Of a stretch of 64,000 bases of DNA, positions 1 to 13,151 are shown piece by piece. Source of the DNA: the human T2T-CHM13v2.0 reference genome, Homo sapiens. Under the pieces are notes generated by a model that did no database searches, had not been told where the DNA came from, and worked only from the letters and a program-made list of their open reading frames with translations. How positions within the stretch are numbered: position 1 is the first letter of the stretch; every line of letters starts with the position of its first letter. The position numbers and the translations under genes were made by a program. The stretch is taken from NCBI RefSeq assembly GCF_009914755.1, contig NC_060925.1; one strand, 5' to 3'.

Positions 1-2489
1 AGACTCACATGAATAATTTCAGAAATATTGCACTGATCCCTATGTTCCATTAGGGTGTGGCTCGTGTCTAGGAACCTCAGGCAAATAAAGTGCAGTGTAA
101 CAGGAAAATAGATATTTAAATTCTATATGAAACTTTATTTTTTTCCTTTCATTTGATATTTAAACCATCTATTATTCTTTTATCATAACAAATTCCACAG
201 TGAACTTGACAAATATAAATAGGTACAGATATTAGAAATTTGAGTTGCTTGAAGAATACAACACATTAAGGGCTGAAGGGAAGGAATGGAACAAATATAA
301 ATGATGAGCAGAGGACTGGGAAACAAAACTACTCTTTATATGTAAAAATTTAGAGAAGGACTGGATATTTAAATTATAAAATTATTTAGAAATACAAATT
401 ATGGATACCATGCTTATAAAAAGTGTGTATCTTCCCATTCTCCACTCTGCTCTCCAAAAAATGAAAAGGATCAGATTATAAACACTAGTTAGCACCCTCC
501 ACAATTTCCTTGTACATGTTTCATTCATGAAAAGACAGAAAACTCATACGTCTTTATGTGTTCACCTTTGAAACACAAAATGAGCATTAAAATAATAGAA
601 ACAAAGCCAAACATAATGAACCCTGAGAAAAATACCTAACATTAGAGTCCTGCCATTAGGTGTGACAAGTAAGCATTGCTTTTGCTTCTAAGACCCCACT
701 AAGTCAAAACAATGAGGCCGATGGTGCGGGATAATTGTCCCTGATATGCTGCTGGGAGTGTTATTTATGGTTGTCTATAAAATATGCTGTGACAATGGCA
801 GGCTGCCCAGGACCTCAGTGGTAATTATAGAGTGGCCTATTTTTAGGTGCCTTCTGATACACACAATTTTTAAAGAAGAAAAAGAAAGTATAGTCAGTAT
901 TGTCATTATAAACTTGCCCCTTACCTTTTCACAATGACATGACTAACTCAAAAGCTAAATATGTAAAATATGTACTAACAAAATAAAGGCATACAAACCT
1001 TCATTAGCTTAATAAAATCCTGTCAACTTGTGCTCTTGCATCCAAACTGATATTCACATAAAGAAAATGCAGGCCAATGGGCACATATGTGGAAATTCTT
1101 TAGAAAGATTGGTAATATTAACATTGTTTTAATGGATAAGTTATTATATAATTTAACTGATAAAATTATTTTTATGATATCTCAAAAATACTTGATTCTA
1201 AGATAGGTGGAACTGTTGTTTCTATTATACAAAATTATAAATCATGAAAAAGCACTGTCATTCTTTTAGATGAAAGTGATTTAAAATGCAAATTACGTAT
1301 TTTCATGTATGTTGTGACGACCTAAAAAAGCAGCAATAATTGTCTTCTGTAGAAATCAAAGGAGGCTTAAAATATTATAGTGATTTACTCATGTAATTTT
1401 ATTTATTACTAAACAAGAACTGAGTCTTTATTACTTAAATTAAATTTAGAGTTGTAGATTTTGACTTCTGGAGAGAGTGGCTGTTACTCTGAGTTTCAAA
1501 TAAGAGAAACTGCCTTGTTCTTAGAACAAATAAATTGTAAAAAAAGAAAAAAAACTTTTTTTTAGCATTCACCTATTTTTAATTCACATAACAATTAAAC
1601 TTTTATAAATACGCATTATTACCAAATTTCATTTTGTTGATCTTTCAATGCTGAACTTTAAAATGATCAGTACAGGCAGTATGTACTCTAAGGGGCTACT
1701 CAAAGGTGAGAAAGAACAAGATGGTGGTATGAGTTGCACACAACCCTAAAAGTAAGGTAAAATCAACTATAATATTGAAGAACGGTTAGAATGGAGTATG
1801 TCTATGAATTAATGTTTATAAATATAATAAATAGAAGAATTTGTATGAAAAGTAAAACTTTTCTACTGAGTAGGAAGCTAAGTGCAACATGTAAGATGAA
1901 GTCAGAAATATTTTCAAAAATAAAATAAAAATTGAGGCAGATCTTTAAGCTTGTTGACTTGATTTTGGAAAGCTATAGAGTCAGAGTAAATAATTTTGTA
2001 ATAATACTTAGACTCCTGTTGAGAGCAATGCTAACAAAATTTAAGTGAGATCATTTCACTATACCTCAACTGCTTATTTAAATAAAACCTTTAATTTTGG
2101 CATTTGTTCCTGGTAGCACAGAAAAGAGAAAATAATAAACTTGGTCTCAATAGCACAACTAGTGTCACTCATTTCACTAGGTAACTCTTTATAATTATGA
2201 CCACATATCGCTGCTTATTTCTATGCTAAATATTGTGTTCAAATACTGTAAAAGTACATAATATTATTATTCTGTAATAATAGTCTTTGTACTGCAGGTC
2301 TTGTAAGATTTAGTTAAATCCACTATTTAGGTTGAACTTACTACAATTAATATTTATTTTATTTAGTTTGTTAATGAAAAGAACATAGCATTGCTGATAT
2401 CATTTCTCATTTAACATAATTTTAAAAATAAATTGAAATTTATTATAATAATTTTCTCAGAGTGAGCTTAAAAGTGTTTCATGTTTCTA

Positions 2490-2560
2490 CAAACATTTTT
2501 ATTCAGTATCTTCTATGTACCAGGCAATGTTCTTGGTGTTTAGGATATTTCTGTGAAAAT
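2490..2560 (-). mobile_element. L2 LINE 3' end fragment
   Basis: aaacatttttattcagtatcttctatgtaccaggcaatgttcttggtg resembles the reverse complement of the L2 3' terminus. Confidence 0.55.
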
Positions 2561-2569
2561 ATATCTTTA

Positions 2570-4279
2570 TCTATCCATATCATCTATCATAGTTCTTCAT
2601 TCATTCATTAACAAACACATCATTTGTTTCCATATCTTAGCGGTTATTAACAGTGCTGCAATTAACATGGAGTGCAGATATTTTTATATGGTGGTAATTT
2701 GAATTCCTTTGGGTGTAAACCTATGCAGGGATTGCTGGATCATACGGTAGTTTTATTTTTAATTTGTTTAGAAACTTCCATATAATTTTCTGCCATAGCT
2801 GCACCAATCTACCTTCTCAGCAACAGTGTACAAGTGTTTCCTTTCCTCCACACTCTTGTCAACACTTGTTATATCTTCTCTTTTTGATAACAGCCACACC
2901 CTAACATGTGTGAGGCGATATCTTATTGTGGTTGTAATTTGTATTTCTGTCACGATTCATGATTTTTTTTATTTTAAAAAATTTTAATTATTATGGATAT
3001 ATAATTGCTATACATATTTATGGGATACATGTGATATTTTTTGATACAAATATATAAGAGTAATAATCAATTAAGGGTTTTTGGGATATCCATCACCTCA
3101 AACATTTGTCATTTCATTTTGTTTAGAACATTTCATATCCACTCTTTTAGTGATTTTAAAGGATACAATAAATTACTCTTAAATATTATCCCTCTATTGT
3201 GCTACCAACCACTAGATCTTATTCTGTGTATGCATATATTTGTACCCATCCTCACTACTCTTCCCAGACACTGGTAACTATCATTTGTTATTTGTCTCCA
3301 TGGTTTAGTTTTACTTATTTTTATTTTTATTAGCTTCCAGACAGTGAGAAAATGAGATATTTATTTTTCTGTGCTGGGCTTACTTCGCTTAACATAATGT
3401 CTTTGAGTTTCACGCATGTTGTTACAGATAACAGAATTTCATTTTTTAAAAACATCTCAATGGTATTCTATTGTGCAATATATATCATATTTTTAAATTC
3501 ATTTATCTCTTAATAGACATTTGACTTTATAACTTGGGTCTTACAAATAGTACTGCAATAACTGATTTTCTTTTTTTTTTGATATCTACACATCAGCGAG
3601 ACTACTGGATCATATGATAATTCTATTTTCAGATTTTTTAGTAATATATATACTTGTAATAATTTACATTCCCACCAATACTCTATGAGATTTCACCTTT
3701 CTCCATATCCTCACCTGCATTTATTATTGCCTGTCTTTTGAATAAAAGCAATTTTAACTGGGGTGAGATGCAATCTCATTGTAGTTTTGGTTTGCATTTT
3801 TCTGATGATTAGTGATATTGAGCATTTTCTCATATATTTGTCACATGTATGCCTTCTTTTGAGAAATGTCTATTCATATCTTTTGTTCAATTTTTAATTG
3901 ATTATTTGTTTCTTCTTTCCTGTTGAGTTGTTTGAGCAGCTTCATACACATTCTGGTTAATAATCTCTTGTCAGAAGAGTAGTTTGCTAAAATTTCATTT
4001 CATTCTGTGGGTTATATCTTCACTTTGTTGATTGTTTCCTTTGCTGTGCAGAGTTTTTCTACTTGATGTCATCCCATGTGTTAAATTTTGCTTAGGTTGC
4101 CGGTGCTTTTGTCATATTAATCAAAAATTCTTTGCATAGACTAATTTATAAATCTATTGGCTATCCGTATGTCTTCTTTTGAGAAATGTCAGGGTGTTTT
4201 TCCATTTAAAAAAGTTGAATTACTTGTTTTTATGCTACTGAATTATTTGAGTTCTTTCTATATTTCGAAGATTAATCCC
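2570..4279 (-). mobile_element. Old L1 (L1MA9/L1MB-like) ORF2 C-terminal part, interrupted by L1MA at 2963-4145
   Basis: ORF 2768-2953 (QITTTIRYRLTHVR) matches L1 ORF2 C-terminus [14 protein letters not shown]; sequence resumes colinearly at ~4146 after the nested element. Confidence 0.8.
2963..4145 (-). mobile_element. L1MA (L1MA3-5-like) 5'-truncated element nested in older L1
   Basis: T-rich tail, then catatttatgggatacatgtgatattt...gggatatccatcacctcaaacattt (L1MA 3'UTR) and ORF2 C-terminal sequence. Confidence 0.8.
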
Positions 4280-4480
4280 ACAAAACTACTATAATTAATA
4301 AATAAATTCAATACGGTTGCAGAATACAAAATCAACCTACAAAAATCAGTTGAATTTCTATATAACAATAACAACCTTTCCAAAACTAAGTCAAGATAAT
4401 CTCATTTACAATAATATCCAAACTTATATAATACTCTGGAATAAATTTAACTAAGGAGGTAAAATACCCATACACTGAAA

Positions 4481-4612
4481 ACTTGGGAGGCTGAGGTGGA
4501 AGGATTACTTGAGTCCAGCAGGTTGAGGCTGCAGTTACCCATGATAATGTCACTGTTCTCCGGCCCAGGCAATAGAAAGCCTGTCTCAAAACAAACAAAC
4601 AAACAAAAAAAA
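4481..4612 (+). mobile_element. AluJ right-arm fragment
   Basis: acttgggaggctgaggtggaaggattacttgagtccag...gcctgtctc followed by (AAAC)n/A tail. Confidence 0.85.
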
Positions 4613-4709
4613 TAGAATAATTATATTGTTAAAACATCTGTATTACACAAAGCAATATACTAATTCAGTGCAATCCGTATCAAAATTCCTCTGGCCTCTG
4701 GTATTTGTT

Positions 4710-5014
4710 TTTCTTTCTTTCTTTTTTTTTTTTTTTTTGAGATAGGGTCTCACTCTGTTACCCAGGCTGTTGTAGAGCTGCAATTATAGCTCACTGACAC
4801 CTCAAACTCCTGGGCTGAAGTGATCCTCCTAACAGCTTCCTGAGTAACTAGCACTACAGGTGAGCACCACCACAGCCAGCTAATTTTTTTTTAAAAAATT
4901 AAGTAATGGAGTCTCACACTCTGTTCCCCAGACTGGTCTTGAACTTGTGGACTCAAGCAATTCTCCTTCCTCAGCCTCCCTAAGTGCATGGGTGCAGGCA
5001 TGACCCACTGCACC
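4710..5014 (-). mobile_element. AluJ (Jo-like)
   Basis: Poly-T, gagatagggtctcactctg, dimeric Alu with J-type residues, highly diverged. Confidence 0.9.
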
Positions 5015-5410
5015 AATGGCATTCTTCTCAGAAAATTTAAAAATAATGATTCTAAAATTTATGTAAAAACACAAAAGACCCAAAATAGCCAAAGCAGGAA
5101 AAACAAAGCATTATACTTCCCTGATTTCAAATTATATTATAAAGCTATAGTAATCAAAATAATACTACTGGCATAAAACAGACATAAAGAGCAATGGAAC
5201 AGAATAGAGAACCCAGAAATAATTTGAAACACTATGGAAAACTAATATTCAACAAGGATACCAAGAAGATAAAATGGGAAAGATAGTCTCTTTAATACAT
5301 AATACTGGGAAAAAATAGATATCCACATGCAAAAGAAGAAAATTGGAACTGTATCTCACAAAGCCAAATCAAAATGGGTGAAATACCTAAATAGAAGACC
5401 AAAAATAATA

Positions 5411-6470
5411 AATTTATTACTAAGACCTCAAAAACAAATGCAATAAAAACCAAAAGAGACAAATGGGACTTAAACTAAAAAGCTTCTGCACAGCAAAATA
5501 AATAATCAAAAGAGTAAACAGACAACCTACGGAAAGGGATAAAATAGTCACAAACTATGCATCTGACAAAGGACTAATATCAAGAATCTAAAAGGAACTC
5601 AAATAACCCATCAAGAAAAAGAACAGATAACCCCATTAAAAAGTCGGCAAAGTGTATGGACAGACGTATCTCAAAAGAAGACATAAAAGTAGCCAACAAA
5701 AATGAAAAAATGCTGAACATCACTAATCAAGAGATATTCAAATCAAAACCATAATGAGATACTATCTCACACCAGTCACAATGGCTATTACTAAAAAGTC
5801 AAAAAACAAAGATTTTGTCAAGGATGAACAGAAAAAATAATTCTTATACACTGTTCACTGGTGGTGCAAATGTAAATCAGGAAAACCTCAATGGAAAATA
5901 GTATGAGAATTTCTCAAGGAACTAAAAATGGAACTATCATTTGATCCAACAACCCCACTCCTGGGTATCTTCCCAAAAGAAAAGAAATCATTATATCAAA
6001 AAGACGTCTGCACTCACGTGTTTATAGCAGTACTATTCACAATAGCAAAGTCACGAAATCTATCTAAGTGTCCATCAATGGATGATTGCATAAACAAAAT
6101 GTGGAATATGTATGCCTTGAACTACTACGTAGCCACAGAAAATAATGAAATCATGTTTTTTTCAATAACACGCATGGAGCTGGATGCCATTAGTCTAAGT
6201 GAAAAATGCAGAAACAAAATAAAAAACTGCAGGTTCTCACTTATAAGTGGTAGCTAAACAATGCATACCCATGGACAAACAGAAAAAAATAATAGACACT
6301 GGGGACTCCAAAAGTGTGGGGGTAAAAGGGGAGTGAATGTTGAAAAATTACCTATTGGGTCCAGTATTCATTATTTTGGTGATGGGTACACTAGAAGTCC
6401 AAATCCCTAAATATGCAATATATCCACGTAACAAACCTACACATGTACCCTATGAGTCAATTTTTAAAAA
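5411..6470 (+). mobile_element. L1PB (L1PB3/4-like) 3' ~1 kb
   Basis: ORF 5928-6257 is the L1 ORF2 C-terminus; 3'UTR gatgggtacactagaagtccaaatcc...aacaaacctacacatgtaccc. Confidence 0.85.
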
Positions 6471-6740
6471 GAAAACATAGGCGAAAGGCTTCTTTATGTT
6501 ATTCTTGACAATGATTTTTGTGATATCATTCAGACAACAAAAGCAAAAATAAATGTATGGGACTACATCAAAGTAAAAAGCTTATTTCTGCACTGTAAAT
6601 GAAAAATAACCAAATAAAAAGGCAGCCAATGGATTGGTAGAGAATATTTGCAAACCATATATTTGACAAAGGGTTAATATAATTTACTATTTCTTTATAC
6701 GTTGGTCTTGGTGTTTTTTTTTTTTTTTAAATTTCATATG

Positions 6741-7264
<524 letters not shown>

Positions 7265-7459
7265 TAACTCTTGATTGGCATTTTAAATTTTCTTTTAGTA
7301 TTTTAAAGATGTCTTATTATTTTCTTATGGCTTTTTTTTGTTAATTCATTGTAAGTCTTATTTTTGCTCCTTTGGAGATATCTTTTTTGAGCTCCCTATA
7401 ATAACTTATTTTATTTTGTTTTAAGCAATTTATTAGGGTGTGTGTGAAAATGTTATAGT

Positions 7460-8690
7460 TTATATTAGACTATTATGAGATTAGTATCCATTTTGTAATT
7501 TCTAGAGTGAACATCAAAAAGAAAATAATACACACTTAATAAAGAAATTATAAATAATACATTATTCAATTATCAAAAAAAGAAAAAAAGACTGAAAAGG
7601 TAAGAAAGGCACTTAAAAAGTCAGAAGGGCTGGGCACAGTGGTCTACACCTGTAAGCCCAATACTTTGGGAGGCCATGGCAGGAAAATTGCTTGAGGCCA
7701 GGAATTCCATCCCAGCATGTGCAACATAGCGAAACCCTGTTTCTACCAAAAAATATAAAACATTAGCAGAGCAGAGTATGGTGGCCCATGCCTTCAGTCC
7801 TAGCTACTTGGGAAGCTGAGGCAAGAGGATTACTTGAGCCCAGGAGTTTGAGGTTACACAGCTATGATCATGCCACTGCATTCAAGCCTAGGCAACAGAA
7901 GAAGACCTCATCTTTATTTATTTATTTATTTTTAAGTAGAAGATATGAAGCAGAAAGCAAAGAGAGTGGACTTATCAACCCAGATAAATAAGCAATTATA
8001 TTTAATATATGTAAAATTTTAAAATGCAACCAGAAAACTAAGGGTTTTTTTAATAAGATACAAGTACACAAAACCCAGTGCATTCTGTTTATAAGAGGCT
8101 TAATTTAAAATTAAGATAGCAGAAAGATTGAATGATATACAAAAAAAGATACACAAAGGATATAAAATTCACTTGCCAACCAAAAAAAAAAAAAAACTGA
8201 GATAGTTATAGTAATATTGACAACATAGATTTGGAGGTGCGTGTTATTGCTAGACAAAAATTGGAACATTTTGTAATAATATAATGGTGAGCCAATATGA
8301 CAAAAATATGTAAACTGAAATCTATATGAATACAAAAGCGTCAACATATATGAAGACAAAATTGACAAAGTTAAAGGTAAATCTACGGAAATCTATAATC
8401 ATAGTCAGAGTAATTAAAAAATGCCTCTTAGAAAAAATAGAGGGAAAACTATGTATATAAATCATGAACAGCACAATTTAAAAGGTTGACATGATTGAGA
8501 TATATGAACTAAGGAAATAATAATTTGTCAGATGCTCAAAGAAGAATTATATATGTGCAGAATTTTATTCCTCATAAGGAAAACAACAGCTATTATGCCA
8601 TGATTAAAAACATGAAGAGTATATTCTTTGGCCCCCGTGTCAATTTGTAAAATGAAGATAACTAGAAAATTTCCAAGTACTTAAAAAGGA
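7460..8690 (+). mobile_element. L1ME-like inter-ORF and ORF2 endonuclease fragment
   Basis: Diverged A-rich L1M sequence (atatcaacc/aagcaattata...gatagttatagtaatattgacaacatagattt), interrupted by AluJ. Confidence 0.5.
7628..7933 (+). mobile_element. AluJo
   Basis: ggctgggcacagtgg...ttgcttgaggccagga...ttgagcccaggagtttgaggttaca; tail is (TTTA)n. Confidence 0.9.
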
Positions 8691-9280
8691 CACCAATATT
8701 TCTCTTTCCAGCCCAGTCATACTGCCTCAAATTCTAGTCTATTACTTTCTGTTTGGAATCCATGATTTATATGCTCACTTAGCAAATGGCTCAGAAGGAA
8801 AAAAAAAGTGGCTTCTAATGTTGGGCCATCTCAACTTCCTCCATTCTCTCTGAGAGTTTGATTTCTTATGTCTTGCATGCTTGATTTATCACAATACTTC
8901 CAAAAATATTTTTGTTTTATTTTAATCCAGCTTGCTCATTTTTTTTTCTTAATGTGAGGCTTTTTCCAATTATCAGCAACTATGTAATAACTATAAATGG
9001 AAGTCTCAACTGGATTTTAACGTAACAGGTAAATACATTTCTATCATTATTTAAGTTGCTGCTGTTTTCAGTCTTTGTTACTCACAATTGATTCTAATCC
9101 TATCAAAACACATTACTAAAATTATGAAAAAATAATAAAGTATATGTGGTTATTTTAACACACACAGCAGTGTATACAAATGAAAATGAGTATCTCAGAA
9201 ATATGATTTATTTATGGGACACTTAGAGTGTAATTTAATTATCAAATTTATGTATTATATAAATTTCTAAACAGACTTCT

Positions 9281-9498
9281 TTTTCATTTTTTTTTTTTTT
9301 TTTTTTTTTTTTTGAGACGGAGTCTCGCTCTGTCGCCCAGGCTGGAGTGCAGTGGCGGGATCTCGGCTCACTGCAAGCTCCGCCTCCCGGGTTCAAGGCC
9401 ATTCTCCTGCCTCAGCCTCCCAAGTAGCTGGGACTACAGGCGCCCGCCACTACGCCCGGCTAATTTTTTGTATTTTTAGTAGAGACGGGGTTTCACCG
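9281..9498 (-). mobile_element. AluYa5, 5'-truncated, perfect 15-bp TSD
   Basis: Ya5 diagnostics (sense) gagatCCcgccact, tacTTgggagg, gggcgtAgtggc; TSD tctaaacagacttct at 9266-9280 and 9499-9513; long poly-T; CpGs intact. Confidence 0.9.
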
Positions 9499-9825
9499 TC
9501 TAAACAGACTTCTAAAGTCATGAGCATCAATCAGATTTGCAAAGCATCCACAGATAGAGGATCCTATATACTGGCTTTAAGCATTAGATTTGGCTTTAAG
9601 TAACTAATTCCGCATCACATGAACCACCATCAACAAACAGGTTATATGTATGAGTCTATGTTCCTTTGAAATAATGACTAACCAGTTCGATTTTACAGCT
9701 GATTATATTCCTAGAAAAAAAATTTATTCATGAAGTGTTATGAGATATCTCAAATAATGAAGTTCAAAGTAAAATGTAGGTAATGCCATTTTATACTGTA
9801 TTAACCTACATTCCATATCCTACTT

Positions 9826-9868
9826 AGCTGTTCTTTAAAAAAGCTGTTCTTTTGAAAAGCTGTTCATT
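9826..9868. repeat. Short tandem triplication, ~16-bp unit
   Basis: tagctgttctttaaaa aagctgttcttttgaa aagctgttcatt. Confidence 0.7.
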
Positions 9869-10699
9869 AACCATTTTTGTTCTATTAAAAATATGAAATT
9901 CATGTTTGTTTTCAAACACTTTTGGGAACTAGATGCAGGGTGGATTTTTGATAATTGTCTACTTTTTTGCTAACAATACTTAAGTATTTTTTTAAGTTAA
10001 TATACACACCGCACACACAATTATTTGTCAAAGTGGTAAGTCCTCATGGTTAAAGATTCAAGAAGAATGAAATAAAACTTGCAATGCAAACATAAATCTC
10101 TTGGGCTCTACTCTTTCCCACCCACGATTTCAACTATTTTTTATTTCTTTTCCCACCTCTTTTGAAAATATAATTACTAGCTATTTTTGGTTCTGATCTG
10201 GGTTACTTTGTATCTTTAAATAATAAATTTCAACATCTGCTACTGTTTCATAAGATTTTGTCAGTATTTGATAATCTACCTTGTAATCAAATATTCATTA
10301 TCTTTTACTCTATCACCCCTGCCTTTCCTTTACCTCTAAATTTTCTTCTTTATTTTGGATCTTTAGGTATTGTAAACTCTGTATTTCAGCTTGTTACCAT
10401 AGATCTTCTTTTATACTATGTATACAGGGTAATCCTAAAATTGGTAAACTGTTGAACAGTCAGTAGTTTATATTAAATATGTTAATCACATAAAGTACGC
10501 AGCACAAGTATTTTGATAATTTTCCCTTAGGTATTATGACTTTTTATGGCATGTAAGTAACATTGCCATATGTATTATTCTTTCTAATACTCCATCAATT
10601 TCTCAAATTCTCCCATTATTTACTATGTTTTACATTTTTAATAAAATTTCCTGATTTTTTTTTTTCTCTTATGTTATCAACTTTTCTTTCATTAAAAAA

Positions 10700-11178
10700 A
10701 ATAGATTCAGGGAGTACCTATGTGCAGGTTTGTTACCTGGTTACATTGTTTGATGCTAAGCTTTGGGATATGAGTGATTCTATCAGCCAGGTACTTAGCC
10801 TAGTACCTAATTGTTTTTCAACCCTTGCCTCTCTACCACCCTTCCCTCTCAAATAGTCCCCAGTTTCTACTGTTGCCATCTTCATATAATGAGTATCCAA
10901 TGCTTAACTCCGACGTAAGTGAGAACATGTGTTATTAGGTTTTTTTGTCCCTATATTAATTCACATAAGATAACGGCCTCCAGCAGAACCCATGTTGCTG
11001 CAAAGAAAATTATGTTGTTAGTTTTTATGGCCTCACAATAATCCATGGTGTGTATGTACCACATTTTCTTTATCCAGCCTATCATTGATGGACACCTAGG
11101 TTGAATCCATATGTTTGCCACTGTGAATAGTGGTGCAATGAATACGCAAGTACATGTTTCTTTTTGGCAGATGACTTT
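10700..11178 (-). mobile_element. L1PA15/16-like 3' end
   Basis: tagattcagggagtacctatgtgcaggtttgttac...tgatgctaagctttggg 3'UTR; ORF 10951-11337 contains ORF2 C-terminus (KKMWYIHTMDY). Confidence 0.85.
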
Positions 11179-11529
11179 CTTTATTCTTATTGCTTGGAGG
11201 AACAATTTTTTCTGTATTTTTGGTTTAGTTGAAATATACCCCTGTTTCTCATTCAATTCTATTAACCCATTATTCTTCAAACTCACTTTCTTTGTGTTCT
11301 TATTGAGGTTGGGAACTATATACTTGGATAATATCATTTAATGTGGATATTTTTTGACACTGGTTCTCTTGCATTACTATGTAAAGCTAATAGATTTTTT
11401 TCTGTAATAAGTTATTCATTTTTTTATCTTATTGTTAACTATTTTTTTTTTGTAGAAGGAATGAACTATGAAAAGGTCTAAAGCTGATCTTTTTTGGATC
11501 CACTGCTTGGAGTAGAAAATGTATTGAAT

Positions 11530-11791
11530 TTTTCTTTTTTTTTTGGCTCTTTTTTATTTATTTATTTTATTATTATACTTTAAGTTCTAGGGTACATGTG
11601 CACAACGTGCAAATTTGTTACATATGTATACATGTGCCATGTTGGTGTGCTGCACCCCTTAACTTGTCATTTACATTCGGTATATCCCCCAGTGCTATCC
11701 CTCCATCCTCCCCCATGCCCCGACAGGCCCCAGTGTGTGATGTTCCCCACCCTGTGTCCAAGTGTTCTCATTGCTCAATTCCCACCTATGT
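11530..11791 (-). mobile_element. L1PA5 3'UTR fragment
   Basis: ttatactttaagttctagggtacatgtgcacaacgtgc...ccccaccctgtgtccaagtgttctc (PA5-type). Confidence 0.9.
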
Positions 11792-11910
11792 GTATTTATG
11801 AACACATACTACTGATATATTTCTATATTAATAATATATTTCTATATTAATAACTGTATAGTAAAGGTATTTATCCTAGAAATGTATTAGTAGTATGTGT
11901 TCATAAATAC
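11792..11910. repeat. 34-bp inverted repeat with an overlapping 19-bp tandem duplication
   Basis: 11792-11825 vs reverse complement of 11877-11910 is 32/34 identical; atatatttctatattaata x2 at 11815-11852. Confidence 0.9.
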
Positions 11911-13151
11911 CCAAGTAGATAAATCTTTTCAATAAATTTTGATAGCCTTTATTATGAAGCTGTCTGTACATTGTAGTTGTCATTTTTTTGTATTTCATAT
12001 ATGAAAGATTGTTTCATTTCCTTAGCAAAGGATCAAAATACAAATTTTAAAATCTGCATAAATATCAAGCTCAATTGGGCTAAAAAAAGGCTCTGGGGTT
12101 TATAATGCTTAACCTTCCTAAACCAATAATAATTCTGAACATCTTGACTTAGAGGCAAAATGGAATGTGATATAAATATAATTATTAAAAACCCAACTTT
12201 CTACAAAGAGGGCACCCAATGAAGATGACGAAAAGTGCTCCTAGATTGTGGAAATCTGATTTTTTACTGTAGGATGTCTTTTAGGCTAATGCAATCTTTC
12301 CATTTTGGGTCAATCCAGCCCTTTCTATCACATGAGAACTTCATACTGGTTAATTGATCTTCACAGAGCCTCTTACACACTGAAAGCATGGTGCAATGGA
12401 TTGGGAATTAGAATTAAACTGAATTTTACTTTAGCTTTCTTCCATGTAGGTAGTCTAACCACCCTTTTCTTTTAAATATCAACTTGGTAAAGGAGAATTA
12501 AGGTCAACACATTGGACAATATTACTGACTGATCTCATTCGGAAATAAAACTGATACTCAAGTGTTTTAAATGAGGTTATTACATTCAACAATGCACTTG
12601 AGTATATACAGGAGACACTTTTATTTTCAACATAAAAATGACCTTTTAAAGAAAACATTCAACATTCTGAATCAGTATCCCTTTTTTAAATGGGAATCAG
12701 GGAGCTAAATAATACAATTGACTTGAAAAAATTTTAAAAAACTTTGAGCTGTCTAGAAATAGCCTTGTATTTTTTTCTCAAAGGAAAACATCTAATTTTA
12801 TTCAACAACCTAGTATTTAGCACCTTATTATCTATGAATTTTCTTATTATACTTAGAATCAAAACCTTTATACTTTTAGGTACTTTAAGTTCTGAAACAG
12901 TTGGTGTTATAATTTTATATACATCTATATAAACAATAGAAATTACTTAAACAGTAGATATTTTCATTGCTTTTTAGAGTACAATTTGTTCACCTCTTTT
13001 AGGCTGAAAAATTGTCTTAAAGTCAGTTCTTTAAAATTTCTGCACAGATCGTGTGCAGGCCATGCCATAGCTTTTCTTTTCTTTTCTTTTCTTTTTTTTA
13101 ATGTAGGCTTAGCCACAGACAACCTCAATTATATCTAGTAGTTTTTTGGTG

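Larger units (their letters stand above)
4280..6680 (+). mobile_element. Inverted 5' portion of the same old L1 (ORF2 RT to C-terminal region), interrupted by two Alus and an L1PB
   Basis: ORF2-like sequence including [10 protein letters not shown] (ORF 4988-5176); ends at gacaaagggttaatat, where the minus-strand part begins. Confidence 0.75.
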
